From positions 1,014,891 through 1,049,888 of the forward strand of contig CP011210.1 in assembly GCA_001029675.1 (NCBI GenBank): a stretch of 34,998 bases of DNA. Direction: 5' to 3'. The position numbers and the translations under genes were made by a program. Below are positions 18,467 to 28,705 of this stretch, piece after piece. The first letter of the stretch is position 1; each line of letters begins with the position of its first letter. The notes under the pieces were generated by a model. It did no database searches, had not been told where the DNA came from, and saw only the letters and a program-made list of their open reading frames with translations. Origin of the DNA: Candidatus Beckwithbacteria bacterium GW2011_GWC1_49_16 (GTDB lineage Bacteria; Patescibacteriota; Microgenomatia; UBA1400; CG1-02-47-37).

Positions 18467-18598
18467 ATTAATTTCTAATTGATCTAATTTCTAACTAATG
18501 TCTAATAACTCAATGTCAAATTAACTATTAGTTATTGATATTTGTGAATTGGTATTTGTTTAGGTCAATTAGGTTAATTAGTAATTAGGTTAATTTTA
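18467..18598. repeat. AT-rich intergenic element of degenerate 7-9 nt units arranged as a long imperfect inverted repeat
   Basis: The left half has (C)TAATTT/CTAAT units and the right half ATTAG/TAGGTTAAT units; the centre is TAACTA-T-TAGTTA at 18522-18534. Confidence 0.6.
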
Positions 18599-20815
<2,217 letters not shown>

Positions 20816-20829
20816 AATTTCTAATTGAC

Positions 20830-21102
20830 CTAATTTCTAAGTAATATTTGATAAGAAAAAAGAATAATGCCTACGGCAACGGACAGAAGAATGGCGCGTT
20901 TGATTAAGAAAAAACGCTTCAAAAACTTTCTGGTTTTAAGGTCGATAAAGTCGGGGAGGTTGAAGACAATCGGTTGGTCTTCCTGGAGGGCGTAGACGCC
21001 GTGGCCGTCGCAGGTTTGGCAGGCTTGACCGCCGGTTTGGCCCGTTCCCTGGCAGGCCTCGCAAGTGACGACGGCGATCGGTAGGGCAGGCTCGAAACTC
21101 AT
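20830..21102 (-). CDS. Small DnaJ-type zinc-finger protein with C-terminal membrane anchor
   Basis: CEACQGTG...CQTCDGHG, then a basic patch and TM helix AILLSVAVGIILFSYQILL. Confidence 0.72.
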   Translation of the reverse strand: MSFEPALPIAVVTCEACQGTGQTGGQACQTCDGHGVYALQEDQPIVFNLPDFIDLKTRKFLKRFFLIKRAILLSVAVGIILFSYQILLRN

Positions 21103-21108
21103 GAGTTT

Positions 21109-21117
21109 ATGATAGCA
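21109..21117 (-). promoter_or_regulatory. Extended -10 (TGcTATCAT) heading the Zn-finger/Clp unit, leaderless
   Basis: Minus strand reads TGCTATCAT-aaactc-ATG(21102). Confidence 0.55.
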
Positions 21118-21123
21118 CAGAAG

Positions 21124-22173
21124 CTAGGGGGTGGCGGGGAGATAGGCGGTGATTTCGGCTGTGTTACCAGTTTCTAGCTGGGCGGTGCCGGTGAGCTGAA
21201 AGACGGGTAAAAGCATCCCTTGATTGGCTTGGGCTTGGTAGCCGAGGTTTAGGTGTTGGTAATCAGCGGAGGTAACTTTAGTAGCGGTGGTAGGATAGGC
21301 GCGGGGGCCGGTTTTTAATAAAGTGACGGTGGGGAGGCCGGCTTGAATGTCTTGACTAACTTGGTCGGCGGTTTTTAAAGGATAGGTAGTGGTTTTGAGT
21401 TCGCCCGGATTGGTTAGGTAAGTAGAGTAAAGCAGGGCGGGGAGTTGATAGTCAACGATAAAGATGTTGCCGGCGCTGGTGACGGAAATAGCGATGGGAG
21501 CGTTATCGAGGTTGGTAGAAAAAAGCGGCAGGCGGTTTAAGGTGGGGAAAAAGGAAAATTGGTAAGTGTCGGCAAGAGCAGGATCAGCGACCGGTTCTAG
21601 CTGACCTTCATGGCTTTGGTAGTAGCTGGTTTGGTGGGGCGTATCTTGATCCATCAGGCGGTGGTCGGCCAGCCAAGTTTTGGCTATGGTGAGAGCATCT
21701 GGTTCTATCACCGGAGTAGAGTCGGAAAATTCAGAGGCAGAGACTTTTATGTAAAACTGGCCGGTTTGGAGATTGAGGCTTAGGGTGCTGGTGCCTTTTT
21801 TCCAGACAAGGTGGGGAACGGAGTTAAAAACCATTTCCTGGGGGGGTTCGATAAAGTTTAAGCTTTGGGCCATGGGGTTAAAAAAGTTTTGCAGGTCGAG
21901 GGAGGAGGCAGAATGTTGATAGACGGCGATGCTGGTTTGATCGCTTGGCGGGGGAGCTTGAAGTTGGTTTTGCCCAGGGCGAGAGAATTGATAAATGGGG
22001 TTATATGATGGTGGTGGCAGAAGTCCTTGTTGACTGGGTTTGGATTGGCGCAGGGCCGGAAGCAAAATAACCAAGGCTATCAGGAGAACTCCCAAACCGA
22101 TACCGAGGGCGGTTTTGGGTTTGGCTTTGAGCCAAGAGGTAAGCTGGTTCATGGTGTCAGATAATTTTAGCAT
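21124..22173 (-). CDS. Single-pass membrane-anchored extracytoplasmic protein (possibly YycH/YycI-like fold)
   Basis: N-terminal TM helix (ALGIGLGVLLIALVILLPAL) and C-terminal 'LLPVFQLTG...AYLPA'. The start is uncertain (22182, 22173 or 22152), and the fold call is weak. Confidence 0.65.
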   Translation of the reverse strand: MLKLSDTMNQLTSWLKAKPKTALGIGLGVLLIALVILLPALRQSKPSQQGLLPPPSYNPIYQFSRPGQNQLQAPPPSDQTSIAVYQHSASSLDLQNFFNPMAQSLNFIEPPQEMVFNSVPHLVWKKGTSTLSLNLQTGQFYIKVSASEFSDSTPVIEPDALTIAKTWLADHRLMDQDTPHQTSYYQSHEGQLEPVADPALADTYQFSFFPTLNRLPLFSTNLDNAPIAISVTSAGNIFIVDYQLPALLYSTYLTNPGELKTTTYPLKTADQVSQDIQAGLPTVTLLKTGPRAYPTTATKVTSADYQHLNLGYQAQANQGMLLPVFQLTGTAQLETGNTAEITAYLPATP

Positions 22174-24560
22174 CAGTTGCATAAGGGTTCTCCGGTGTTA
22201 CAGGAGCAGCCTGGGATGGCGGCGCAAGGGTCGGCGGTCAAGCCAGAGTAGTAGAAGTTGTAATAAGCACCGCCTTGGGATAGGCCGAGGTGGAGGTGAG
22301 ATTCAGAGCTTTGACCAGTATTGTCTTGGATGCCGACTTGGGTGGCGGTATCGACCTGCTGGCCGACGCTGACAAACTGGCCGTCGGAGAAGCTGTCCAT
22401 GTGGCCATAGAGGGTAAACGAGCCGTTGCAGTGGTCGATGATGACGCAGGCGCCAAAGTCGCCGCAGCCATTGGGCGAGCCATTGGTATAGTAGATTTGC
22501 CCGGAGCCGGCGGCGTAGACAGGTAAGGTGAAGGGAACATTGTCTTTAGCGTTGGGGCCACCCGGGTCCATGTCCAGGCCGCCGTGGCAGTAGGCACCGC
22601 GTTCTTCTTTATAGCAGGAGGTAAGGTAGGCGTTGTCGACGTCAAAAGCGTAGGGCCAGTCGAGCCAGGTTCCTGACGGGTTGGGGCCGCCGCTGCAGGT
22701 GGGCGGAGTCGGGCTGCCTCCGCCTGGAGGCGGGCTGCCTCCGCCAGGCGGAGAAGAGGCGCCAGGAGTTTGGGCCAAATCGCCGGCGGTGCCAAAGCCG
22801 CACTGGTCGCTGAAGGGTTGATAGGCTTGGCCGGTAACGAAGGGTTGGAGTTTAGCCAGGATGCGTTCCTTTTGGCAATGAATGTAGCCTAAGTATTTGT
22901 AGTAGAATTTGGCTGGTTTGGGCGGTTCGCGGTAGCCGGCTTCGGCCCTGCCGGGGGTAAAGTCATACTCAATGTTGGTTTCGGTGGGGTTGCCGACTCC
23001 AAGCCAGTTTTCCGGAGGCGGGTTGTCTTCAAGTAAAGGTTTAAAGATGCCAAAAAGAGCTCCGGGGCCGGTAACTAAGCGAGTCATGAGAGTGTCTAGA
23101 AACGGGGTGTAGGTTTTAAAGTAAGTCGGATCATAGCGGAGGTCTTGTTTGATAAGGCAACCGGTGTAGTCAATGCCGGCGATTCCTGCTATTGGGTTGA
23201 CGCACCTTTCGCACGAGTAGAGGTCACCGCAGGCAGAAGGTTGACTAGCCGGGCCGACGTATTCGGGGTTATCAATAGTTTTATACACCAGAGTGGTGAC
23301 GACGTCTTCTTGGGCAAAGTCACCCGACGAGGGGATTTGGGTATTGCCGGGATCGCAGACCGGGCCGAGGCCATCCCATTGAGACTGGTTTTCATCGGAA
23401 ATGATCCACCAGGGTTCCTCTGATTTAAGATACCAAGGGGCGGGGGTGAACCACTGGTCTGCCAGTTGGGGATCTTGGTCGTAATCGTGGGTTTCTTGAG
23501 GAGAAAGTAAAAAAGCCAAGGAGCTGCCGACTTCATAAGCGCGGGACAGATGAGGAAAAATTACGTCCTTGGTGTCGGCGTTGCTGATCTGACCCGGTTC
23601 GTCGATGACCTCGATGAAGCCCTTGGTGTCTTCGCGGGTAAACATGGGTACATACTCCCAGAGTTTAAACCATTTGCCGTTGTCTTTTTGCTGCCACTCG
23701 GCAGAGGCAGAGGCGTAGGCTTGAGCCGTGTCAAACTCTTCCGGCAATGGCGCCCAGTTTTTGTCATAGTCGTTGAGATAAATTTCTTGCCCGGCGCCGT
23801 AAGGAGCAACCTCGTTATTAACAGGGTTCCAATAACCGACTAAGTAGTCGTGGACTTCTTGGGTAGCGGGCTCAAAGCCGTAGGGGTTGTCGTTCAAGTC
23901 AAATTGGCCGGTGGCGCGTTTAATCAGGGCGCGGCGGAGGCGGTCTTGATAGGTTTTGGGGGCAAGCTCTCTGAAGACTCCTAAACGGGAAGGGATAAAG
24001 GCATTATAGATAGTGTTAAGAATGGGGTTGCCGGGGACGATGGGGTATTGTTGGCGCTGAAAATCTTCCTGAAAAGCGGGGTCGGCAGGGTCTTCGGCAA
24101 ACTCTTCATAGTAGGCGCGGCCTTCAAAGTAGTCAAGAAGATAGCGTCTGATTTTTTCGTCGTTGGGTAGAGTAAAGTCGTACTTGCTGTCGTCGGTGAT
24201 CGATAAAAGCGGAGTGACAAAACTTTGAAAGTTAGAAACGAGGATGCCGGCGGCGGTGAGCTTTTGGCTGCGGCGATCGACGACGTTAAAAGTTGGGGGG
24301 CGACCGACGACGGCGTTTACCGGCGGCGGCTGGACGATAGTCGGGCGTTGGGCGCAGTAGAGAGTCAGCGTGGGGTCGTCGATGGTTTTGGCTTCTTCTT
24401 CGGCAACCAACTCGAATGGGTTGGGCCGAAGAGGGTGGGGGTTTTGAGATGGGGTTTGGGCGGAGACGGAGCCACTAAAAACCAAAAACAAAAGACCAAA
24501 TAAAAATAGTATTGTGGGTATCAGCCAGAGGCTGATCGTCCTGTGGACGAGGCGGGACAT
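22173..24560 (-). CDS. Exported protein with C-terminal M23 (LytM-like) peptidase domain
   Basis: Signal peptide ending VSA-Q, a GGGSPPP linker, and M23 motifs HGGLD, YGHM and HLHL. Start 24560 preferred over 24599, which overlaps the upstream gene. Confidence 0.85.
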   Translation of the reverse strand: MSRLVHRTISLWLIPTILFLFGLLFLVFSGSVSAQTPSQNPHPLRPNPFELVAEEEAKTIDDPTLTLYCAQRPTIVQPPPVNAVVGRPPTFNVVDRRSQKLTAAGILVSNFQSFVTPLLSITDDSKYDFTLPNDEKIRRYLLDYFEGRAYYEEFAEDPADPAFQEDFQRQQYPIVPGNPILNTIYNAFIPSRLGVFRELAPKTYQDRLRRALIKRATGQFDLNDNPYGFEPATQEVHDYLVGYWNPVNNEVAPYGAGQEIYLNDYDKNWAPLPEEFDTAQAYASASAEWQQKDNGKWFKLWEYVPMFTREDTKGFIEVIDEPGQISNADTKDVIFPHLSRAYEVGSSLAFLLSPQETHDYDQDPQLADQWFTPAPWYLKSEEPWWIISDENQSQWDGLGPVCDPGNTQIPSSGDFAQEDVVTTLVYKTIDNPEYVGPASQPSACGDLYSCERCVNPIAGIAGIDYTGCLIKQDLRYDPTYFKTYTPFLDTLMTRLVTGPGALFGIFKPLLEDNPPPENWLGVGNPTETNIEYDFTPGRAEAGYREPPKPAKFYYKYLGYIHCQKERILAKLQPFVTGQAYQPFSDQCGFGTAGDLAQTPGASSPPGGGSPPPGGGSPTPPTCSGGPNPSGTWLDWPYAFDVDNAYLTSCYKEERGAYCHGGLDMDPGGPNAKDNVPFTLPVYAAGSGQIYYTNGSPNGCGDFGACVIIDHCNGSFTLYGHMDSFSDGQFVSVGQQVDTATQVGIQDNTGQSSESHLHLGLSQGGAYYNFYYSGLTADPCAAIPGCSCNTGEPLCN

Positions 24561-24582
24561 GATGCTTCTAGTATATAGAAGT

Positions 24583-24975
24583 TTATTGGGGAACGGCAAA
24601 CTGTAATAGGTCCAGGCCAGTGATGGTGTTTAAAAGCCTAAAGATAAACCAGACGCCGACGGTGGCGGCAATTCCGATGATAGCGCCGGTGATGATTGAT
24701 TGAGCTTTTTGAGTTTGTTTGGGGTCGCCGGCGGAAGTTAAGTATTGAAAACCCCCGACGATCAAAACGACAAAGGCGGCGACTCCGGCCAGGGGGATGA
24801 TAAGGCGGAGGAGGTTGGCGACGATTTGCTCAAAACATTGAAGAGTAGCAGCGCCTTGCTCGATACAATCTTGAGGCCAAGGTTCGGTTTGGGCGTGGGC
24901 CGCAGTAGCGGCAGATCGTAGATAGTAGATCGTCGACAGTAGAAAGAAGAGAAGTTTTTGGGGGCGTTTGGGCAT
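24583..24975 (-). CDS. VirB2/TrbC-like pilin (T4SS pilin family), copy 9 in transcription order
   Basis: Signal peptide AHA-Q, a Cys pair, and two TM helices around 'GGFQYLTSAGDPKQTQKAQSIITGAIIG'. Confidence 0.85.
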   Translation of the reverse strand: MPKRPQKLLFFLLSTIYYLRSAATAAHAQTEPWPQDCIEQGAATLQCFEQIVANLLRLIIPLAGVAAFVVLIVGGFQYLTSAGDPKQTQKAQSIITGAIIGIAATVGVWFIFRLLNTITGLDLLQFAVPQ

Positions 24976-24978
24976 GGG

Positions 24979-25311
24979 CTAGCCGCCGGCAGAGGGGATG
25001 TTGAAGGAGAAGACATCAATGCCGAAAAAGAAGCCGATGACTTTCATCAGGGCCCAGGCGGCGGCGACGATGCCTAAACCCACCAAGGCCATGGTGATGC
25101 GGTCACGGGCTGCCTGGGTTTGTTGTTTGTCGCCTCCGGACAGAATCCACTGGATGCCGCCCCAAACCAGGAAAGCAAAGGTTAAAATGGCGGCGATGAT
25201 CATAGCCACTTGGATTAAGCCGGAAAGGAGTTTGCTGATGTCCTTGATACCGGTGGGGGGTTCCTGGATGGTGATGGCTTCCTGGGCGCGGGCGATAAAG
25301 TTAAACATCAT
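24979..25311 (-). CDS. VirB2/TrbC-like pilin, copy 8 (candidate major pilin)
   Basis: 'WGGIQWILSGGDKQQTQAARDRITMALVGL'. Start at ATG 25311 or 25308, directly after its own promoter. Confidence 0.85.
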   Translation of the reverse strand: MMFNFIARAQEAITIQEPPTGIKDISKLLSGLIQVAMIIAAILTFAFLVWGGIQWILSGGDKQQTQAARDRITMALVGLGIVAAAWALMKVIGFFFGIDVFSFNIPSAGG

Positions 25312-25315
25312 TACT

Positions 25316-25364
25316 ATTATGAAAACGTTGCTCGAGTTTGTCAATCCCGGTGGCCACAGGGATT
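25316..25364 (-). promoter_or_regulatory. Near-consensus sigma70 promoter with adjacent 22-bp palindrome
   Basis: TTGACA(25344-25339)-17 nt-CATAAT(25321-25316)-7 nt-ATG(25308). The palindrome AATCCCGGTGGCCACAGGGATT (25343-25364) has one mismatched pair. Confidence 0.65.
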
Positions 25365-25367
25365 AGG

Positions 25368-25700
25368 CTAGGGGGAAGGGATGATAAAGTCTAACGGGCC
25401 TTGGGCAGACTCGGATAGGCCTAAGAAAAAGATAATTAGGCGCCAGATGATCCAGACGGCGGCTAAAATGACCAGGCCGAAGGTGGAGCTGGTGATTTTG
25501 GATTTGGCGGATTTGGCGCTTTCTTGGTTGCCGCCGGAGGTAATGAACTCGACGGCGCCCCAAATGAGGTAGAAGAGGGCGGCGATGGAACCGACGAAAA
25601 GGGCGACTTGGATGAGGTTTTGGAGGAATTGACCTAAGGAATCGAATTTAAAAAAATTAAAACCTTGGATTTGGTGTCTGATGTTGGTGTTGACTGCCAT
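25368..25700 (-). CDS. VirB2/TrbC-like pilin, copy 7
   Basis: 'WGAVEFITSGGNQESAKSAKSKITSSTFGL' between two TM helices. Confidence 0.85.
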   Translation of the reverse strand: MAVNTNIRHQIQGFNFFKFDSLGQFLQNLIQVALFVGSIAALFYLIWGAVEFITSGGNQESAKSAKSKITSSTFGLVILAAVWIIWRLIIFFLGLSESAQGPLDFIIPSP

Positions 25701-25703
25701 AGT

Positions 25704-26012
25704 TTATAGCGTGGGCCAAGGAGGATTTAGTATGTCTAAACCAGTGAAAAGACTGACGAGTTGAATGATAAGATATGAGAGCACCAGGATGGCCAATCCA
25801 AAGATACCGTTGCCCATTTTTTCTTTGGCGCGTTTGAGGCGCTCTTGGTTGGAGCCGGACAAAATCCAGTCGAGAGCCCCCCAGATAAGGTTTAAGAGGA
25901 CGGCGAGCCCGCCGACGATGACTAGAACTTGCCAGATAATGGCTAAATAGCGGGCAAAGGCAACGTCGCCTTGAGTGCCGATTTTGGGGATAGCTTTGTT
26001 GACGATGGCCAT
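25704..26012 (-). CDS. VirB2/TrbC-like pilin, copy 6
   Basis: 'WGALDWILSGSNQERLKRAKEKMGNGIFGL'. Confidence 0.83.
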   Translation of the reverse strand: MAIVNKAIPKIGTQGDVAFARYLAIIWQVLVIVGGLAVLLNLIWGALDWILSGSNQERLKRAKEKMGNGIFGLAILVLSYLIIQLVSLFTGLDILNPPWPTL

Positions 26013-26040
26013 GTCTATCTAATAGTATATAGCATTAATT

Positions 26041-26412
26041 TTATTCTGGTTTGAGACTGTTAATCAGCCTTTCAAGGTTGATAATGTCTAGACCGGTGAC
26101 GGCGCTTAAGATAAAGGTGATGGCGTAGGCGGCGACGAGCACGGCCAAGCCGGCGATAGCAGTGCTGATTTGCTTTTTAGCTTTGTCGAGTTGTTCGGGG
26201 TTGCCGGAAGAGGTGACCCAGGTGACGGCGCCGATGACAAACCAGGTTAGAAAAGCCAGGCCGCCAAAAATGGTAAAGACGGTGATGATGTTGCTAATAA
26301 TGGCGGTAAAGCGGTTTTCCGGGTTGGCTCCGGGCGCGGCGGAGAAGCCGGAAAGAAAGCCTTGGATTTGGCCGAGGGTTTGGGCAGAGTCGGCGAGTAG
26401 TTTAGGGTCCAT
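26041..26412 (-). CDS. VirB2/TrbC-like pilin, copy 5
   Basis: 'IGAVTWVTSSGNPEQLDKAKKQISTAIAGL'. Start 26412 gives an 11-bp overlap with the upstream gene. Confidence 0.83.
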   Translation of the reverse strand: MDPKLLADSAQTLGQIQGFLSGFSAAPGANPENRFTAIISNIITVFTIFGGLAFLTWFVIGAVTWVTSSGNPEQLDKAKKQISTAIAGLAVLVAAYAITFILSAVTGLDIINLERLINSLKPE

Positions 26413-26752
26413 AGATAGTGGGCGAGATAATGGCGGTGGCGCTGCCAAAGAATATCAAGCCGATGACGGCAGCGGCAACGGTTGAAGCGGCAATAAGCAG
26501 TAGTCCTAGCATCGAGATCCAGATGCGCGAAGAGGCTTTTTTGGCGACCTCCGGGTTTCCGGCAGAGCCGATATATTGAATACCTGATATGGCGAAGTTA
26601 ATTACGGCCAAAAGCCCGCCGCCATAAATGGCGACCCTGAAAATGTTATTTAGAAGCAGGATGAGACCTTGAGGGTCAGAGCCGTAAGTTTCTACTCCCG
26701 GAGGGGGTTCTAAGTTGGAGCCGAAAAAATCAGAAAGGCCGGGAACGGGCAT
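26402..26752 (-). CDS. VirB2/TrbC-like pilin, copy 4
   Basis: 'SGIQYIGSAGNPEVAKKASSRIWISMLGL'. Confidence 0.83.
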   Translation of the reverse strand: MPVPGLSDFFGSNLEPPPGVETYGSDPQGLILLLNNIFRVAIYGGGLLAVINFAISGIQYIGSAGNPEVAKKASSRIWISMLGLLLIAASTVAAAVIGLIFFGSATAIISPTIYGP

Positions 26753-26754
26753 AG

Positions 26755-27108
26755 TTAAAAGATTAAGTTATTAATAAATTCGGCGGGCTCGGCAAAGGGA
26801 ATGCCGACGAGTTGGGCTAAAACAAAAGCCATGGGATAGGCTAAGACGGAAACGGTGAGGCCGATTAGGGCGCTGGTGATCATGGCCCGGGCTTTTTGGG
26901 CCTTTTGGGCTTCACCGCCGGCGGTGATCCAGTTGATGGCGCCGAGCATAAAATAAATTAAAAAAACCACCCCGGCTACCAAGGAGATGATACCGATAAG
27001 GTTGGAAAAGATATTAGAAATGTTGCCGGCCAGTCCAGATCCGGAAAAGCTATAGCCTTGGGGGTTTCTCGAGAAAAAATCGCCGATTGATTTGGGTTCT
27101 GAAGCCAT
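26755..27108 (-). CDS. VirB2/TrbC-like pilin, copy 3
   Basis: 'LGAINWITAGGEAQKAQKARAMITSALIGL'. Confidence 0.85.
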   Translation of the reverse strand: MASEPKSIGDFFSRNPQGYSFSGSGLAGNISNIFSNLIGIISLVAGVVFLIYFMLGAINWITAGGEAQKAQKARAMITSALIGLTVSVLAYPMAFVLAQLVGIPFAEPAEFINNLIF

Positions 27109-27109
27109 A

Positions 27110-27442
27110 TTATTTTAGCTTGAATAAAGTGGGGCTAAGCAGGCTAGCGGCGTCGCCGTAGAGCACAAAGCCGACCAGGCCGGCAATAATAAAGGCGGCG
27201 GCGATGACCACGAGACCGATAATCGACTGGAGAATTTTGTTGCCGGCGGCGGCCAACCTTTGGGGGTCGCCCGAAGCAGACATATATTGGTAACCGGCGA
27301 TAATGAAGTTGATTAAGGTGAAAATGCCAGCCAAAGTGATGATTAAAGCCACTAAGTTGTTTAGAAATGAAACCAGACCGCCCTCCAGAAGTTTACCGTA
27401 AGGGTTTTGACTGGTCTCGAGTTGACCGACGACGTTTGCCAT
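27110..27442 (-). CDS. VirB2/TrbC-like pilin, copy 2
   Basis: 'AGYQYMSASGDPQRLAAAGNKILQSIIGL'. Confidence 0.85.
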   Translation of the reverse strand: MANVVGQLETSQNPYGKLLEGGLVSFLNNLVALIITLAGIFTLINFIIAGYQYMSASGDPQRLAAAGNKILQSIIGLVVIAAAFIIAGLVGFVLYGDAASLLSPTLFKLK

Positions 27443-27445
27443 AAG

Positions 27446-27781
27446 TTATAAACCTTGAATTAAGTTGATACCGGTTAAAAATTCGATAATGCGGATGACC
27501 CAAAAGGAGGAAAAAAGAATTAAAAAGCCGATGACGGCAGAGGAGAGGGTTTTGGAGGAGTTTTTTAATTTTTCGGCGTTGCCGGCGTTTAAGATCATTC
27601 CCAGTCCACCGACGACGATAAAGATAAATAAGATGATGCCGGCAATGACAAAAACGTTTCTTAAAACCACAGACAAAACAGCAAACAAGCCCTCCTTGGT
27701 ATAGGCTGTGCCGGCGATAGGGATGGGATTGCCGCCAGGGTCGGTGCCAAGAGAGAATTCGTCCTTGAAGATTACTGGCAT
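27446..27781 (-). CDS. VirB2/TrbC-like pilin, copy 1
   Basis: 'GGLGMILNAGNAEKLKNSSKTLSSAVIGF'. Start 27781 (MPVIF) preferred because it leaves room for the divergent promoters. Confidence 0.82.
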   Translation of the reverse strand: MPVIFKDEFSLGTDPGGNPIPIAGTAYTKEGLFAVLSVVLRNVFVIAGIILFIFIVVGGLGMILNAGNAEKLKNSSKTLSSAVIGFLILFSSFWVIRIIEFLTGINLIQGL

Positions 27782-27791
27782 AGTAAGTATT

Positions 27792-27815
27792 AGGATAGCA
27801 CAGAAATGGTACAAT
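27792..27815. promoter_or_regulatory. Back-to-back extended -10 promoters for the pilin array and the sigma/mevalonate operon
   Basis: Minus: TGcTATCCT (27800-27792), 10 nt before ATG 27781. Plus: TGgTACAAT (27807-27815), 7 nt before ATG 27823. Confidence 0.55.
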
Positions 27816-27822
27816 AGGCGAC

Positions 27823-28395
27823 ATGGATAAAAAGGAAGCGAGGCGGTTTTGTTTAGAATGGCGGCCGCGATTGATGAGGTTTGTAGCCCAAAAAGTAGGC
27901 AGGCACGAGGACGTGGAAGAGATAGCCCAGGATACTCTGATGAGCGTTTTGGTAAGTTTGCCCCGGTTTAAGGGAAAAAGCAAGCTGTCCACTTTTGTCT
28001 TTGCCATTGCCCGGCACGAGATCGCCGATTTTTACCGAAAGCAAAAGATTAAAAAAGTGCTGTTTTCTAAACTGCCGTTTTTGAAAGAATTGGTCAGCAA
28101 AGCCTTGGGCCCGGAACTGGCTTTTCAGGAATTGGAGACCAAAAGGCGGATTTTGGCGACTTTGAAAGATATTCGCGAAGGATATGCCCAGGTTTTACGA
28201 CTAAAGTATATGGAGGGACTATCGATGCGCCAGATAGCCGACAGACTAAACATCACGGTTAAGGCGGTAGAGTCGCGACTCACCCGAGCCCGAGCAGCCT
28301 TTCAAGAAGTTTATGGAGATAACGCAAAACTCAAAACGCAAAACTCAAAGTTTTTTGAAGAGATGGAGCCGGATTGGGCTGCTGTTGGCGATTAA
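27823..28395 (+). CDS. ECF-type RNA polymerase sigma-70 factor
   Basis: Region 2 'EEIAQDTLMSVLVSLPRFKGKSKLSTFVFAIARH' and region 4 'LRLKYMEGLSMRQIADRLNITVKAVESRLTRAR'. Confidence 0.92.
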   Translation: MDKKEARRFCLEWRPRLMRFVAQKVGRHEDVEEIAQDTLMSVLVSLPRFKGKSKLSTFVFAIARHEIADFYRKQKIKKVLFSKLPFLKELVSKALGPELAFQELETKRRILATLKDIREGYAQVLRLKYMEGLSMRQIADRLNITVKAVESRLTRARAAFQEVYGDNAKLKTQNSKFFEEMEPDWAAVGD

Positions 28396-28705
28396 GGAAA
28401 GCTACTTACTGACCAAAAACGTCTTGGGTCTTTGGTTTCACCCTTATAAAACCTTAAAGCTGATTTTTACTGAAAAAGACCGGTCCCAGCAGCTTTTGGT
28501 TTTGGGGTTGCCGGCTTATCTTTTGGCGGTGGGGACGTTTGTGGTCTGGTTGGGAAGAAGGCTTTGGGCTACCACGCCCGAGTGGGGCCGGCCGGCCAAG
28601 CTGACCGCGGCAGGGGTAATCGGCCTTACTGCCGCTCTGGGAATATATTTGGTTTTCTGGCTGATGGAGATGGTTCGCACCGAGAGGCGCTATGGCAAGT
28701 CTTAA
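28313..28705 (+). CDS. Small hypothetical membrane protein (2 TM)
   Basis: Fills the gap between the sigma and HMGR genes and has two hydrophobic segments. The start is uncertain (83-bp overlap with the sigma gene). Confidence 0.6.
   Translation: MEITQNSKRKTQSFLKRWSRIGLLLAIKESYLLTKNVLGLWFHPYKTLKLIFTEKDRSQQLLVLGLPAYLLAVGTFVVWLGRRLWATTPEWGRPAKLTAAGVIGLTAALGIYLVFWLMEMVRTERRYGKS

Noticed and set aside
18467-18598. AT-rich repeat as a CRISPR array or replication origin
   Set aside because: There is no constant repeat with unique spacers, no cas genes, no DnaA boxes recognised and no visible skew switch.
24583-27781. Pilin array as an integron cassette array or recombinational antigenic-variation locus
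   Set aside because: Spacers are mostly 1-28 bp, with no attC-like sites, no DNA-level repeats between copies and no recombinase in the window.
28313-28395. 83-bp overlap of the sigma and downstream gene as a programmed frameshift or fusion
   Set aside because: Sigma region 4 is complete before the overlap; the heptamer tract and an uncertain start codon explain it more simply.
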